From Saprolegnia diclina VS20 (lineage: Eukaryota): a DNA stretch of 64,000 bases. The stretch covers positions 129,850 through 193,849 of the forward strand of contig NW_008246118.1 in assembly GCF_000281045.1 (NCBI RefSeq), read 5' to 3'. Position numbers and translations under genes: made by a program. Positions within the stretch are counted from its first letter, which is position 1; each line of letters starts with the position of its first letter. Positions 1-10,601 of this stretch are shown here, piece after piece. Under the pieces are notes generated by a model. The model worked only from the letters and a program-made list of their open reading frames with translations. It searched no databases and had not been told where the DNA came from.

Positions 1-596
1 CGCCCTTGTCGACGCTGGCGCCGTGGGACATTGTCCGCCCGCGCAACTGGTACCCGCACATGAACCTCGAGCAGTCGCTCATGGACTTGGAGCTGGCCGA
101 GGTCGCGAGCGCCATGCTCCCACTGCGCAGCTCCATCATGCTCTCGATGCCACCGAGCGACGACGCGTTCTTCGCCGACTTGCCGACGGGCGCCGACCCC
201 GCGGCCGCGATCCTCGCCGGTGACACGGACGCGCTACGCACGCGCGCGTGCTCCAACTATTCGTTTTCGAGCGCGTCGGCGATTGACGACAAGGGCCGCC
301 GCGTGTCGAGCGTCCGCCGCCGCTACGAAGACTCGGACGGCCGTCTCAAGGCGGTGCACGAGCGCGAGGTCGATGGGAAGCGCCTCATCACCAAGTGGTC
401 CAAGCAGGACAAGAACGACAAGGGCGAGCACGTGACGCTGCTCTCGGACGGCATCGACAAGGCGGGCTTTGAGGCTCTCTGGGCCGAGACGCCCTTCCAC
501 AAGGCGCACGCCAAGCACGCGGCCAAGAAGCTCGAGGCGGCCGAGACGGCGGCGCCGGAGGCCAAGGATGCCGAGACCAAGACGTCGACGCCCTAA
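1..596 (+). CDS. Hypothetical protein, possibly myeloid leukemia factor (MLF)-like; probably 5'-partial
   Basis: Open frame with GC3-biased codons running from the window edge to TAA at 594-596. Segment YSFSSASAIDDKGRRVSSVRRRYEDSDGRLKAVHEREVDGKR resembles the MLF beta-rich core. Confidence 0.6.
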   Translation, partial: PLSTLAPWDIVRPRNWYPHMNLEQSLMDLELAEVASAMLPLRSSIMLSMPPSDDAFFADLPTGADPAAAILAGDTDALRTRACSNYSFSSASAIDDKGRRVSSVRRRYEDSDGRLKAVHEREVDGKRLITKWSKQDKNDKGEHVTLLSDGIDKAGFEALWAETPFHKAHAKHAAKKLEAAETAAPEAKDAETKTSTP

Positions 597-721
597 GTGG
601 TCTTTGGTCCTCTGTTGTGTATGGTATAACGCGCCATAATGTTCATAACACGATGTATTTGTCGGTGACAAGAGTATAATCTCTCCTCGGTATATTGGCT
701 GGTGTTTACACGGTGGTGGGG

Positions 722-1682
722 CTAGATGAAGCTGTCCTTTTTGCGGCGAAGGTTTGAGAGCACGGTGATCGGATCGTTGCCACCGACGGCGTTGCGAATG
801 ACTTCGTCGTGGACGCGCAAGAACGGGTTGAAGAGCATCTCTTCCTTGAGCGTAGACGGGATCGTGGGCAGGTTCTTGGACCGACGGAGCTTGGCCCACG
901 CAATTTTTTCGCGCAGAATGGCGTTCGTCGGGTCGACGCTCAGCGCAAAGCGCAGATTGGACATGGTGTACTCGTGGCCGCAGTAGACCTTGGTCTCCTT
1001 TGGCAACTGCAAGATGACTTCGTAGAGCGCGTGGTACATGTCTTCGGCCGTGCCCTCGAAGAACTTGCCTACACCATGGTCGTCCTCGTTGTCTCTCGCT
1101 CGCAACGACGTACCGCAGCCGCCCACAAAGAGCGTGTCGCCGGGAAACAGCAACGGCGGCGTCTCGGGGTCGCCGGAAATGACGTACGCGAGGTGGCCCT
1201 TCGTGTGGCATGGCACCGCGAGCGCCTGGATGTCCATGGCGCCGAGCTTGAACTCTTCGCCACCTTGCAGCGGTGTCGTCATGGCCGGAATCACCTCGTT
1301 GTGCGGGCCTGAGATCGTGATGCCCGGGTATTTGGCAGCAAAGGTTTCGTTGCCACCGCAATGGTCCCTAATCCAGCGAATCGGTTAGCGCACGCAAGCA
1401 GCAGCATTGGAAAACATACGGGTGGCCGTGCGTCGTGAGCACGGCGAGCATCTCGCGGTTGTTGATCGCGAGCTCTTCGGCGAGCACGGGCGCCATCACG
1501 TCGGCTTGGGCCGGGTCCACGGCCAATACATGCTGATTGGCCTCGTCAATAACAAGGTAGCCGTAGTTGTCGTCGAACATGGGCACGAGGCGCACGCGCA
1601 GATGGGGCTCCGACCGCTGGAGCCGCTTCTTGGTCGTCGTGACCATCGTCCGCAGCGCCGGCCGCAGCTTCCCGAGCAGCAT
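722..1682 (-). CDS. GLO2: Hydroxyacylglutathione hydrolase (glyoxalase II), probable mitochondrial leader; 2 introns (~1372-1419, 1069-1113)
   Basis: Motifs DNYGYLV, TTHGH-WDHCGGN (across intron), PCHTKGH, GDTLFVGGCG-KFFEG, YCGHEYT, E..FNPFLR and LRRKKD. Arg-rich N-terminus. Confidence 0.95.
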
Positions 1683-2133
1683 CTTGAATCTGTGGTTCTA
1701 TTTTAATCCATTGCTGTTTTTTGCCATACAAAAGCCAAGCTATTTCACTTGCGCCATGTAATTGCCGTTGCACCAATGGCATCGCGGCAGCCGCCGATCC
1801 AGCACGACGCTCGACGAAGCCCGAGGATTCCTCGCCATGCCATGGCCGCGGTGACGCAGCGCTCGACGAGCTGGCAGGAAGCAGCACCTTGGCCTTCATA
1901 GCGCCACTAGCCGTCATGGCGATTGGGCACTCGCAGCACCAAACCCCATCGTCGTCCGGGTGCACACAGGCCACGTCGAGGAGCGGAGCCCTCCGCTAGC
2001 CGTCGGTGACGTCCTTCCTGCTGCCAGCGATCCGTTGCATCTCGACCGAGCCAGCTCCTCGCAATGCATGCGACTGTACCCATGGAATCTCATGACGTGG
2101 CGGTTTCTTTGAATCGGATCTTCCTCGCCTAGC

Positions 2134-2638
2134 ATGGAGCCCCGCCGGGTCGGCCTCCGCGTCTCGCCGCCACTGCTGACGCTCGAGTACACCGCGAGCG
2201 ACGGCGCCCTGTACCACCACGAAGTGCCTCTGGTGCGTTACGTCGCCAGCAGCAGCGTACGTCCTCGTGCACCTCCATCGTACCTGCAACGTCGCGTAGG
2301 ACGCAGGCGAGATTGCTTTGGCGATCACAAACGAGCATCGCGCGTACTTTGCACAGGTCGCGCCGGCGCAGCTTCGACGGCTGATCGAGCGCGTCTTGTC
2401 GTCGACCAAGGTCGCGCTGCCCGCCGCCGACTACAACAAGGTCTCCGAGTCGCAGCTGGCGGCGGTCAAGGCCAAGATGGACTCGGTCTTCCACGAGCAC
2501 CTCTGCAAGCCCGGCGACGCGGAGTACGTATACAACAAGGAGGTACTCGACGATATATATCTGTAGTCTTGACTCACATACAGCGTTTAGGTCAACTTTG
2601 GCGCTGCGACCGCGGCCAGCGACTGGGACGAAGAGTAG
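2134..2638 (+). CDS. CEP19: Centrosomal protein CEP19-like, spliced
   Basis: N-terminal RRVGLRVSPPLLTLEY and C-terminal DYNKVSESQLAAVKAKMDSVF..KPGDAEYVYNKE|VNFG..SDWDEE match the CEP19 pattern. Last intron ~2543-2590, stop TAG 2636-2638. Confidence 0.85.
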
Positions 2639-2645
2639 TAGTTGC

Positions 2646-4955
2646 CTACGAGTAGTTGGACGCTTCGTTGAACTTGTGAACCCACGTCTCGCGCATCTCG
2701 TCCGTCGGCGCGCGGAACACAAACGTGCGGCCGGCGACGGGCGGCGCGAGCTTGAATTCGTTGGCATTCTTGTTCGACTGCAGCACCGTGTAGCCCGCGA
2801 CATTGAGCGGCGCTTCCATGCTCTCGCGGCCTTCCTCGTAGTAGCTCTTGGCCTTGAAGGTCACGAACCGGCCGTCTTTGAGCACAAAGAACGACTGCTT
2901 CCACTTGGCCCCGAAGAAGCCGCCGCCCTCCTGGCGAAAGAGGTAGCCCGCATACTCCTTGGGCTTCTTCGCAATGATCTCGACGGTCGCGACCGTCGCT
3001 TGCGTCGTCTGCACCGTGTTGGCGAAGAGCGCTTCCTTCTCACGCAGCGCCGTGTTGATCTGCGCTTGGGTCTCGGCGATCGCGCCCTGGATCGTCCCGA
3101 GCTGCTCGAGCTTCCGGCTCTCGACGAGAGCGTCTTGCGCCATCTCGTTGCGCAGGCACGCCTTGCGCGTCTCTTCGGCGTCGCGGATCGCGTCCTCCAG
3201 CGCCAAGAGGTGGCGCGAGGCGTCGTGCACTTGGGTCGTCAGCGCGACGCGCGTCGCCTCAAAGTGGGCGTCGGCCGCCGCGACCGCTGCATGGAGGCGG
3301 TGCCGCACGACTGACGAGAGGAAGCCGGCGAGGACGGCCGACGCTGCCGGGCCTTTGGCGACAAAGTTGTACTGCGAGATGAGCGCCTCAATGTTGCTGC
3401 GGTACGCAATGAGGTGGCGGACCAGCCGGCTCTTGTCCTCGTCTGCGTGCGTCTTGAGCAGCACCGCCGTGTGGAGGCACTGGACGAGCCGCGTGCAGAA
3501 CGCTGCCGAGCTCGCGTTGTTGGCAAGCGCAATGTCCCGATGGACAGCGCCCGCCGCGTCGTCGAGGTGGCGCCGACCGACGCGGAAGCTCCATGGGCCG
3601 CTAAAGCAAGCGTCTTCGCGCGGCAGCGAGAGCGCCATGAACGGATGCAAGAGCGCCGACGCGGATGAGAGGCACTCGTGGTGGACACCAGTGAGCGCAC
3701 TGGCTTCGATCGGGAGCTTCTCGCGCTTGGGAAACTGGTGAATGTACTTGGTCGGCACCTCATACTCGCGCATGTTGAGAAGGTACGGGTCGCACCATGG
3801 GTTGGCCACCGTGGGCTTGGGAGCGACCATGGTCATTTGCCGGTTGAGCGTCGACTTGGCCGTCTTGAGGAACGCGAGGATCCCGACGTCAAGCGTCGGC
3901 TTGGCGCCACTCGAGTGGCTCTTCTTGAGGTTGCCATACTCGTCAAAGGTGACGCCGGCGCTGTTGGTGCTGCGGTCGATGAGGATCACGTCGTCATTGT
4001 CGAGGCCGGCGTCGCCGCCGTGGAGCTTGGCCTCGGTGAGCGCCACCACCATGCTATTGTCGAGCTCCACGTCGTCGTATGGCAACAGCTTGGCGTGCAT
4101 GTGGTCGGCGTACATGGTGATCGCTGCGTCGAGCAAGTTTTGCCAGTACGTGCGCGAGACGCTGAACGCGACAGCCCGGAAGTCCCAGCGCGCTGCGTCC
4201 TTGGCCGCGACAAGCGCGCTCAGCAGATGCACAAACACACCGCAGGAGAGGAACCGCCCAAAAAACGTCTTGGGCGGGAGCGGGTCGGTCGCGACGCTGA
4301 GCACCTTAGCCGCCGAGTGCGGGGCGCCGGGGACCTTGAACGTGCTCGTCTTGATGCCGATGCAGTCGCGGCTCGTAAAGAGCTGGCTGATGAGCGCCTG
4401 CGAGAGGCCATCGTGCGACGCCTTGGGCGTCGATAGCGCCTTCTCGAGGTAGAGAGGGAACGCGTCGCCGCCGCACTCCTTCTTGTCGAGGTCAACCGCA
4501 ATGAGCGTGAGCTTTGGCAAGAGGCGCTTGAGCACGGTCGTGTTGAGGTCAGGATGCGCGGCCTGCTCGTCGGGCGAAACGACGTCGACGTTGAGAAGAT
4601 GCTGCAGAAAGCTCCAGTTGGCAAAGCCGTCCCGCGCAATGGCGCCGTCGCGAACGTACAACACATGCGACGCAAGGAGGAAGAGGAGCGAGGTCCATGC
4701 CGGCTGCTCGTGGAGCGCCGGGTGCTGGAGCACGACGAGGAACGTAAGCGTCCCGTCGTCTTCGACCTTGATCGGGTCCTTGACCATGTGCAAGCCGGGC
4801 GCCCTGGCATGCTTGGGCGGGAGGGCGTCAATGAGGCCGACGACCGAGATCTTCTGCAGCGCGCGCTTCTCGCTCTCGAGGAGGAGCGTCGCATCCTCAT
4901 GCAGCTGCCAGCTCCCATTGCCGTCGTCGGTCACAAGCGGGACGAGGGCCGCCAT
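2646..4955 (-). CDS. Guanylate-binding-protein-like protein (degenerate GTPase motifs) with coiled coil and C-terminal PH domain
   Basis: 769-aa intronless ORF. PH domain YAGYLFRQEGGGFFGAKWKQSFFVL...FRAPTDEMRETWV. N-terminal half is collinear with GBP fold elements. Confidence 0.8.
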   Translation of the reverse strand: MAALVPLVTDDGNGSWQLHEDATLLLESEKRALQKISVVGLIDALPPKHARAPGLHMVKDPIKVEDDGTLTFLVVLQHPALHEQPAWTSLLFLLASHVLYVRDGAIARDGFANWSFLQHLLNVDVVSPDEQAAHPDLNTTVLKRLLPKLTLIAVDLDKKECGGDAFPLYLEKALSTPKASHDGLSQALISQLFTSRDCIGIKTSTFKVPGAPHSAAKVLSVATDPLPPKTFFGRFLSCGVFVHLLSALVAAKDAARWDFRAVAFSVSRTYWQNLLDAAITMYADHMHAKLLPYDDVELDNSMVVALTEAKLHGGDAGLDNDDVILIDRSTNSAGVTFDEYGNLKKSHSSGAKPTLDVGILAFLKTAKSTLNRQMTMVAPKPTVANPWCDPYLLNMREYEVPTKYIHQFPKREKLPIEASALTGVHHECLSSASALLHPFMALSLPREDACFSGPWSFRVGRRHLDDAAGAVHRDIALANNASSAAFCTRLVQCLHTAVLLKTHADEDKSRLVRHLIAYRSNIEALISQYNFVAKGPAASAVLAGFLSSVVRHRLHAAVAAADAHFEATRVALTTQVHDASRHLLALEDAIRDAEETRKACLRNEMAQDALVESRKLEQLGTIQGAIAETQAQINTALREKEALFANTVQTTQATVATVEIIAKKPKEYAGYLFRQEGGGFFGAKWKQSFFVLKDGRFVTFKAKSYYEEGRESMEAPLNVAGYTVLQSNKNANEFKLAPPVAGRTFVFRAPTDEMRETWVHKFNEASNYS

Positions 4956-5648
4956 GATACGAGTTGTGCGTTGTAAAATGGAAATGCTATCGGGTATCAG
5001 TCGGATTGTATCCGGAATTTCGACGGCTTCTTTTTATTATTTTATTATTGCACGACAACCCGACGGAATCAGCCAAGCGCTGCTGGCGACACGGCGTAGG
5101 ACCGGCGCATCCGCCGCACGGTCGACGCCGAGGCCCTGCCGAGGCCATGGCGATGCACATGACCTGCAGCGGAGGTCAAGGCGCATGGGCTAGCGACAGC
5201 CATGCCCGGCGAAGCATCGGCCACAGGAGTCCAAACAGCCGGATCGCAATCCAGCGGCAGTAGGCTCCGTCGCCTCCAGCGTCTGCAGAGCGATCGCGAG
5301 CGCTACACGCGGCGCCTTCTAGCCTTCTAGAGCGGTACGCGTAGGCTGTTTCTAGCGCGGGCGCAGGGATATGTCTTCTTTCGCCCAGGCGAGATGCAGT
5401 CGTCGCTCGTCCGCCACGGCCGATGCGCTGCAAGTTGCTACTGCGTTGCTACTGCGGAGGTCGCAGTGCTGCTAGTTGTCCCTGTCTGCCAAGGTGCTCG
5501 GCGACGAGCGACGACTGCTTGTCGCTGGAAGCGTGAAACGAGGAAGGCCAACATTATAATTCCGTCGGAATAAAAATCCATACAACAACCAAGTGACGAT
5601 AGCCGGCGTGGGTTTCGCAGATCCATTTCTGTGGCGACGAAGCTCAAG

Positions 5649-6682
5649 ATGGAGGGCATGTTCAACTACTACATCCCGGACGACGGCGACTCGCCCGACC
5701 ACCTCAACGTCTTCCCGCTCCCGCTCAAGGCCGGCCTCAAGCTCGCCCACATCAAGAAGGTACGGCGCACGCGCCCACCCTCCTGGCGATGACGTCGACA
5801 TGTAGGCCTTCCCGCTGCCGGGCAGCTTCCACTTTCGCTTCAAGCAAGCGTTCGAGGGCACGTATGGTACGCTTCGTCGACTCTATGGTATGCCAAAGGA
5901 GTACAATGCATCGCGTAGTGTGGCTCGACATTGCCGACAACGACCCGGTACCCGAGTACAATGGCGTCGTCATCTCCAAGGTGGCCCGCGTTCTGGACAA
6001 GGCAGAGGTTGCGCCGCCGGCGCCCGCGCCCGTCAAGGCCGCCGCCGTGCCTCCTCCGCCCAAGGTCGAGGCCCCACCGGCAGTACCCGACCTCATTGAG
6101 ACCTCGACGCCGTCGGCTGGTACGACGCACTGGATCTGGCGACCACAGGCATGTACGACGCGCATGGCATGAGTAGCCAAGGATGCCAATGCCAAGGTCT
6201 TCAACGACGACCTTGTCGGGCTCATGTCGACGCCAACCGCGTCACCGCGCGTCACAAGTCCCATCAACCAGGTACGACCGACGTGGAGCTCCGTCCCATT
6301 CTCATACGTCTGAATCTAGCCCAAGGCGCCCGTCGATCCCTTCAACCTCTTTGCGGGCGGCGCCGCGCCACCGATGCGGCCACCGACGCCCCACGGCGCG
6401 CAGCCGGGATTCCAGAACGCGCCGTACATGCCACCGGGCGGCGGCGCCGGTGGCTTCCCGATGGGCCCGCCCCGACCGGCCATGAACAGCAGCATGAACA
6501 TCAGCAACATGAACATGAACCCCATGATGGGCGGCGGGCCGCGGCCGGCGCAAGGTGGCCCGCCCATGGGCGCCAATGGCTTCAACAACCTCCAGTGGCA
6601 GGGCATGCAACAGCCGCCCAACAACGGCGGCAACCCGATGATGCGGCCGCCGACCAACAACGCCAACCAGCGGTCTTGGTAG
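5649..6682 (+). CDS. DIX-domain protein with Pro/Gly/Met/Asn-rich tail; 4 predicted introns
   Basis: Spliced N-terminus MEGMFNYYIPDDGDSPDHLNVFPLPLKAGLKLAHIKK|AFPLPGSFHFRFKQAFEGTY|VWLDIADNDPVPEYNGVVISKV fits the DIX pattern. Introns ~5760-5805, ~5867-5918, ~6120-6176, ~6272-6319. Confidence 0.8.
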
Positions 6683-6740
6683 TCGTCTGTAGCGTACACA
6701 CCACTACATGCTTACGAGTCTAACACGATCCTCCTATATG

Positions 6741-8890
6741 CTATGGGTCTCGCTTGAGCTGCTTTTGCTGCTGCGCGAGCTCCTTCATCTTGAGGTCGTC
6801 CATCTTCTTTCGAAAGAGCTCGAGTTCCTTCTCGTGCTTCTCCTGCTCGGCGCGGATCGCGTGCTCATAGTTGGTCTCTGTCTCGGACCGCGTCCAGTCC
6901 TCGACGTTGAGCGCTTGGTCGCCCGAGAGCGACACGGGGTTCTGCGACGACGACGCCGACGACGACGTCATCGACACAAAGGACGAGCCATTCTCGACCA
7001 GCACATACTCGGTCGAGTGCGCGACGAGGTTCATCTTGGAGACATGCGGCAGCGGTTTGGCCGAGAACGAGTGCGGCTCTGGCGCTTCTTCCCACACGTC
7101 CACATCGACCTCGGGGAGGTTCGCCATCTTGGCTTCGGTCGAGAGGAAGCTGATCGAGTCGGCAATGTCCCCAATGTCCGGCTCCAGAATGCCGACGCCG
7201 GCCGCGAGCTCGCAAGCAACTTCAAAGGCCGAGTCGATAAAGAGGTTGAACGTAAACTTGATCTCCTTCGACTTGCCGTCGAGGATGATGCGCAGACTGA
7301 GGCAGATGCTGTGGTCGTTCTCAAGGTCCTTTGTCGCTTTGATCTCGTGCCGCCGGCCGCGCTTGCGCATCGAGGGCGACTTGCTAGGACTCGCCGCCAG
7401 CGATGACGACGACGATGTCGCTGGCCACGACGCAAAGTCACCCGACGACCCCCGAAGACCAAGAAAGGTCTGCGGCGGCGGCGGCGACTGCCCGAGCACG
7501 AGGGGTGTTGGCGCGGACGATGGCGCTGGCGGCGGCGACGCCTCGGGCGACGCGAGGGGCACCGAGAGGGGCGGCCGCTCCGGCAGCGGCTGCAGCTTCT
7601 TTTCATTCGGGAGGAGGTTGTTGCGGCCGTCCATGACCTGCTTGCGCGCATCGAGGTTCTTCTCCGCGCCTTGCATGCCCTTGAGGATCGTCTCTGCGTG
7701 GTCGTCCATCGCGTCGACGCCGGACGAGAGCGGCGTGTCGATCGTAGTCCGGTACTTGAACACGAGCGACGGGTGCTTCGACTCGTCGTGATCGTCGTTT
7801 GACGCTTTTTGCGGCAGCACCGGGCACGAGAGTCGGCGCTTCGAGTTGGCTTTTGCGCCATCGAGGTCCCAGTCGTCGACGACCGTGTACGCAGTGTGGC
7901 GCGGCGACAGAGCGTCCTGCTCGTCGACACCTATGCGTCTTGGTAATGAGATACAATCGTAGAGACATGCGCATTGGCCTACATTCGGGCACGGCGTCGT
8001 CGTCGGCCATGGGCTGCAGAAACGGGTGGGCAGCGAGGTATGCAGCCGTCACGTCGACCGCGCCGTTGCCGCGCGAGAGGCAGAGCTCGATAAAGTCGCG
8101 GGCAGCGGGCGACTTGATGCGGCCGAGCGCGCGCGGCCGGACGCCGGCCATGACCTTCTTGTAGATCTGCGCGGGGTTCGTGCACTCGGCGTACGGGACT
8201 TCTTGCGTGATCATCTCGAGCACGCACATGCCAAACGCATAAATATCGACCTTCTCGTCGTAGTTTTCGTCGTAGAGCTCGGGCGCCATGAACTCGGGCG
8301 TGCCCAGCACCGACTGCGCGCGGAGCTTGTCGACCGCCATCTGCGTCGAGAGGCCAAGGTCGCCGATGCGCAAATCGCCCGTGTTGCCATTGATGAAGAT
8401 GTTGTCGCATTTGAGGTCCCGGTGGATGACCGGGGGCGACTGGCTATGCAGGTACGAGAGACCTTCTAGTATCTGGTGACACCATCGCTTCATGATCTTC
8501 CATTTGACAAACCGGACGCGCTTGATGTACGACTTGAGCGTCCCGGCCGTCATGATCTCCGTGATAAACACCACTTGGTTCTTCTCTTTCGAGTACCACG
8601 AGCCGTAAAAGTTGATGATGTTCTTGTGCTCGAGCTTCTTGAGCAGCTCGACCTCTTGAATGATCCGTGCCTTCTCGCCATGCGGGAGCGCGCCAATGTC
8701 GATCGCGTTCCAGGCCACGTCAATGCCCTGGTCCGTGTCGTAGCCCTTGTAGACGGTCTTGTACGCGCCCGTGCCAAGCTTGGTATCAAACTACAGCGCG
8801 TCATGAGCTCCATCTTCCTCGCCTACGCATGGGACGTACCCGGACGTAGATGCCACGCGGCGAGGTCTCGACGGGGCGCGCGTCGTCCAT
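6741..8890 (-). CDS. WNK: WNK-family Ser/Thr kinase, spliced
   Basis: GTGAYKTVYKG with Lys in the Gly loop, VAWN lacking the canonical Lys, HRDLKCDNIF, IGDLGL, GTPEFMAPE. C-terminal CCT-like segment KEIKFTFNLFIDSAFEVACEL. Confidence 0.95.
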
Positions 8891-9031
8891 GATGGTGATG
8901 GCGGTGGTGGCGGGAGTAGGCGGTACGGGGCAGGAAGCTCGTCGACGTCGGCGCAGCGGGAGCGCGGCAGGTCCGCTTTTCCAGTTCGAAATGCCCGAGT
9001 AAAACTTGGTGCGGGTTCTTCGGGATCCGGT

Positions 9032-9222
9032 AAAAAAAATACGCGCCGCATTTTATTAAATGCGTGCGAATTTTTATTCCACCACGGACCGTGGACAGCT
9101 GCCAAATTTGAAAAAAACACGCGACGTTTTATTCGCGCTTCAAACGATTTTAATACCGCGAGCCTCGCCCATAGTATGGGCCAGTGATCTGCGACGCCGA
9201 ATAAAATGACGTGTGTTTTTTT
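9032..9222. repeat. Three copies of an A7-YACRCG..TTTTATT motif upstream of WNK (two direct, one inverted)
   Basis: 9032-9057 aaaaaaaatacgcgccgcattttatt; 9111-9133 aaaaaaacacgcgacgttttatt; 9200-9222 reverse complement aaaaaaacacacgtcattttatt. Confidence 0.6.
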
Positions 9223-10601
9223 GCAGCCGCCATTTCTCCCATACAATCTCAAAGTAATTTTGCGACGGCGAGATTAAAATACGGTATTGTATTGCGCCGC
9301 CTCGGTGTCGTGCCAAGAACCTTTCAGAATGCATATCGTATCTAGTCTGCGAGGTAACGAAGCTTGGAACATCGACTGACCCGTGTATTGTTCGGTGTCC
9401 GGCTCGTCGACGGGAGTCGTGTCGAGCGACTAGACCTATAGTATACTAGATCGAGCAGTACGGTACTAGCCGTGCGGTCTCAACTCTCTGCCACAGGAAT
9501 CCAGCAGCTCGTGTTAGAATCCACGCGATTTCTGTGGCATACAAACATCAAGACAAGCCGAGCAGCCGAAGCCGCGTCGTGTCGCACGAAAAACGTACAC
9601 TATTTTATGCCACGCGCCACGATCGTACGAATTTAGTAGAGAAATGGCCACCGCAGCGGTGTGAAGGACCAGGCGAGGCGCGTGCATGATGATGTGGCAT
9701 GGGTGGCGCTCTGGGTGGCGCTGACGTTGGCCTTGCTCCCATCACAGCAGCGTAGCACTTGCGATCATCTGTTTCAAGGTACTCCGCTAAAACGTAAATA
9801 GTGTGCGCCATAGCACCGCGAGGACTTGCCACGACCGTGCACCATCGCAGTGCGTGCGGCGCCTCGGGACTCGACCAAACAAACACACAGCATTGCGCTG
9901 AGCGTGGATCTGTGAAGCGATTGAGCGAATCTCTGCTGGTCCGGATACCCTTGACGGTTACGGATAGACTGGCAACACGAAACCGGAAAGTTTGTAGCTG
10001 GGGTCTCCAAGGCCTTGGTTTAGCTTCTCCTCCGTCAGCATAAAGCATTTGAGAGCCGAAAACTTGCTCGAGGCCGTCGAGGAATCCGAGTAGCGCTACA
10101 GTAGTACCGTATGCAGCAGAGTCGTGCAAACCACCTATATCGCCATATTGAGGTTGGAAGGTCCAATGGCATGGAACTTTGCTCCGTGAACCAAGCCCTC
10201 GCCACCCCCAGCGGTATCAACGACTGCAGCGACAGCAGTCAACGCTTCGCTCCATCCGTCGCTCAGCGCGATGGTCCAGAGACGTAGTCGCTACAGCCAA
10301 GACGATAGACTGACCAGTCGCGTTGCCTCCAGAACAACCTCGCCACGTATCGGGCACATCTCGCTGTCCGACTAGACTGCAACGAGACCATGCAGCACGC
10401 TTTTCGCGCACAGTGGATCAATCTGGTGGGATAGCGATCACCAGCGCGACAGGCTGCTCCACAGTGAGCGAGCTCTGTAGACAAGCTGCTGGTTAGACTG
10501 CGAGGTCAGAGGTCAGTGATCGACGTACTGCCATTCGCTAGTTGGAAACGGTGATCGAAGCAACCGAAGCGGGTGTTACATAACGGACAGCAGCAATCGA
10601 G

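Noticed and set aside
9605..10129. 174-aa minus-strand ORF between WNK and F-BAR
   Set aside because: Non-ATG start, weak codon bias, no recognisable motif.
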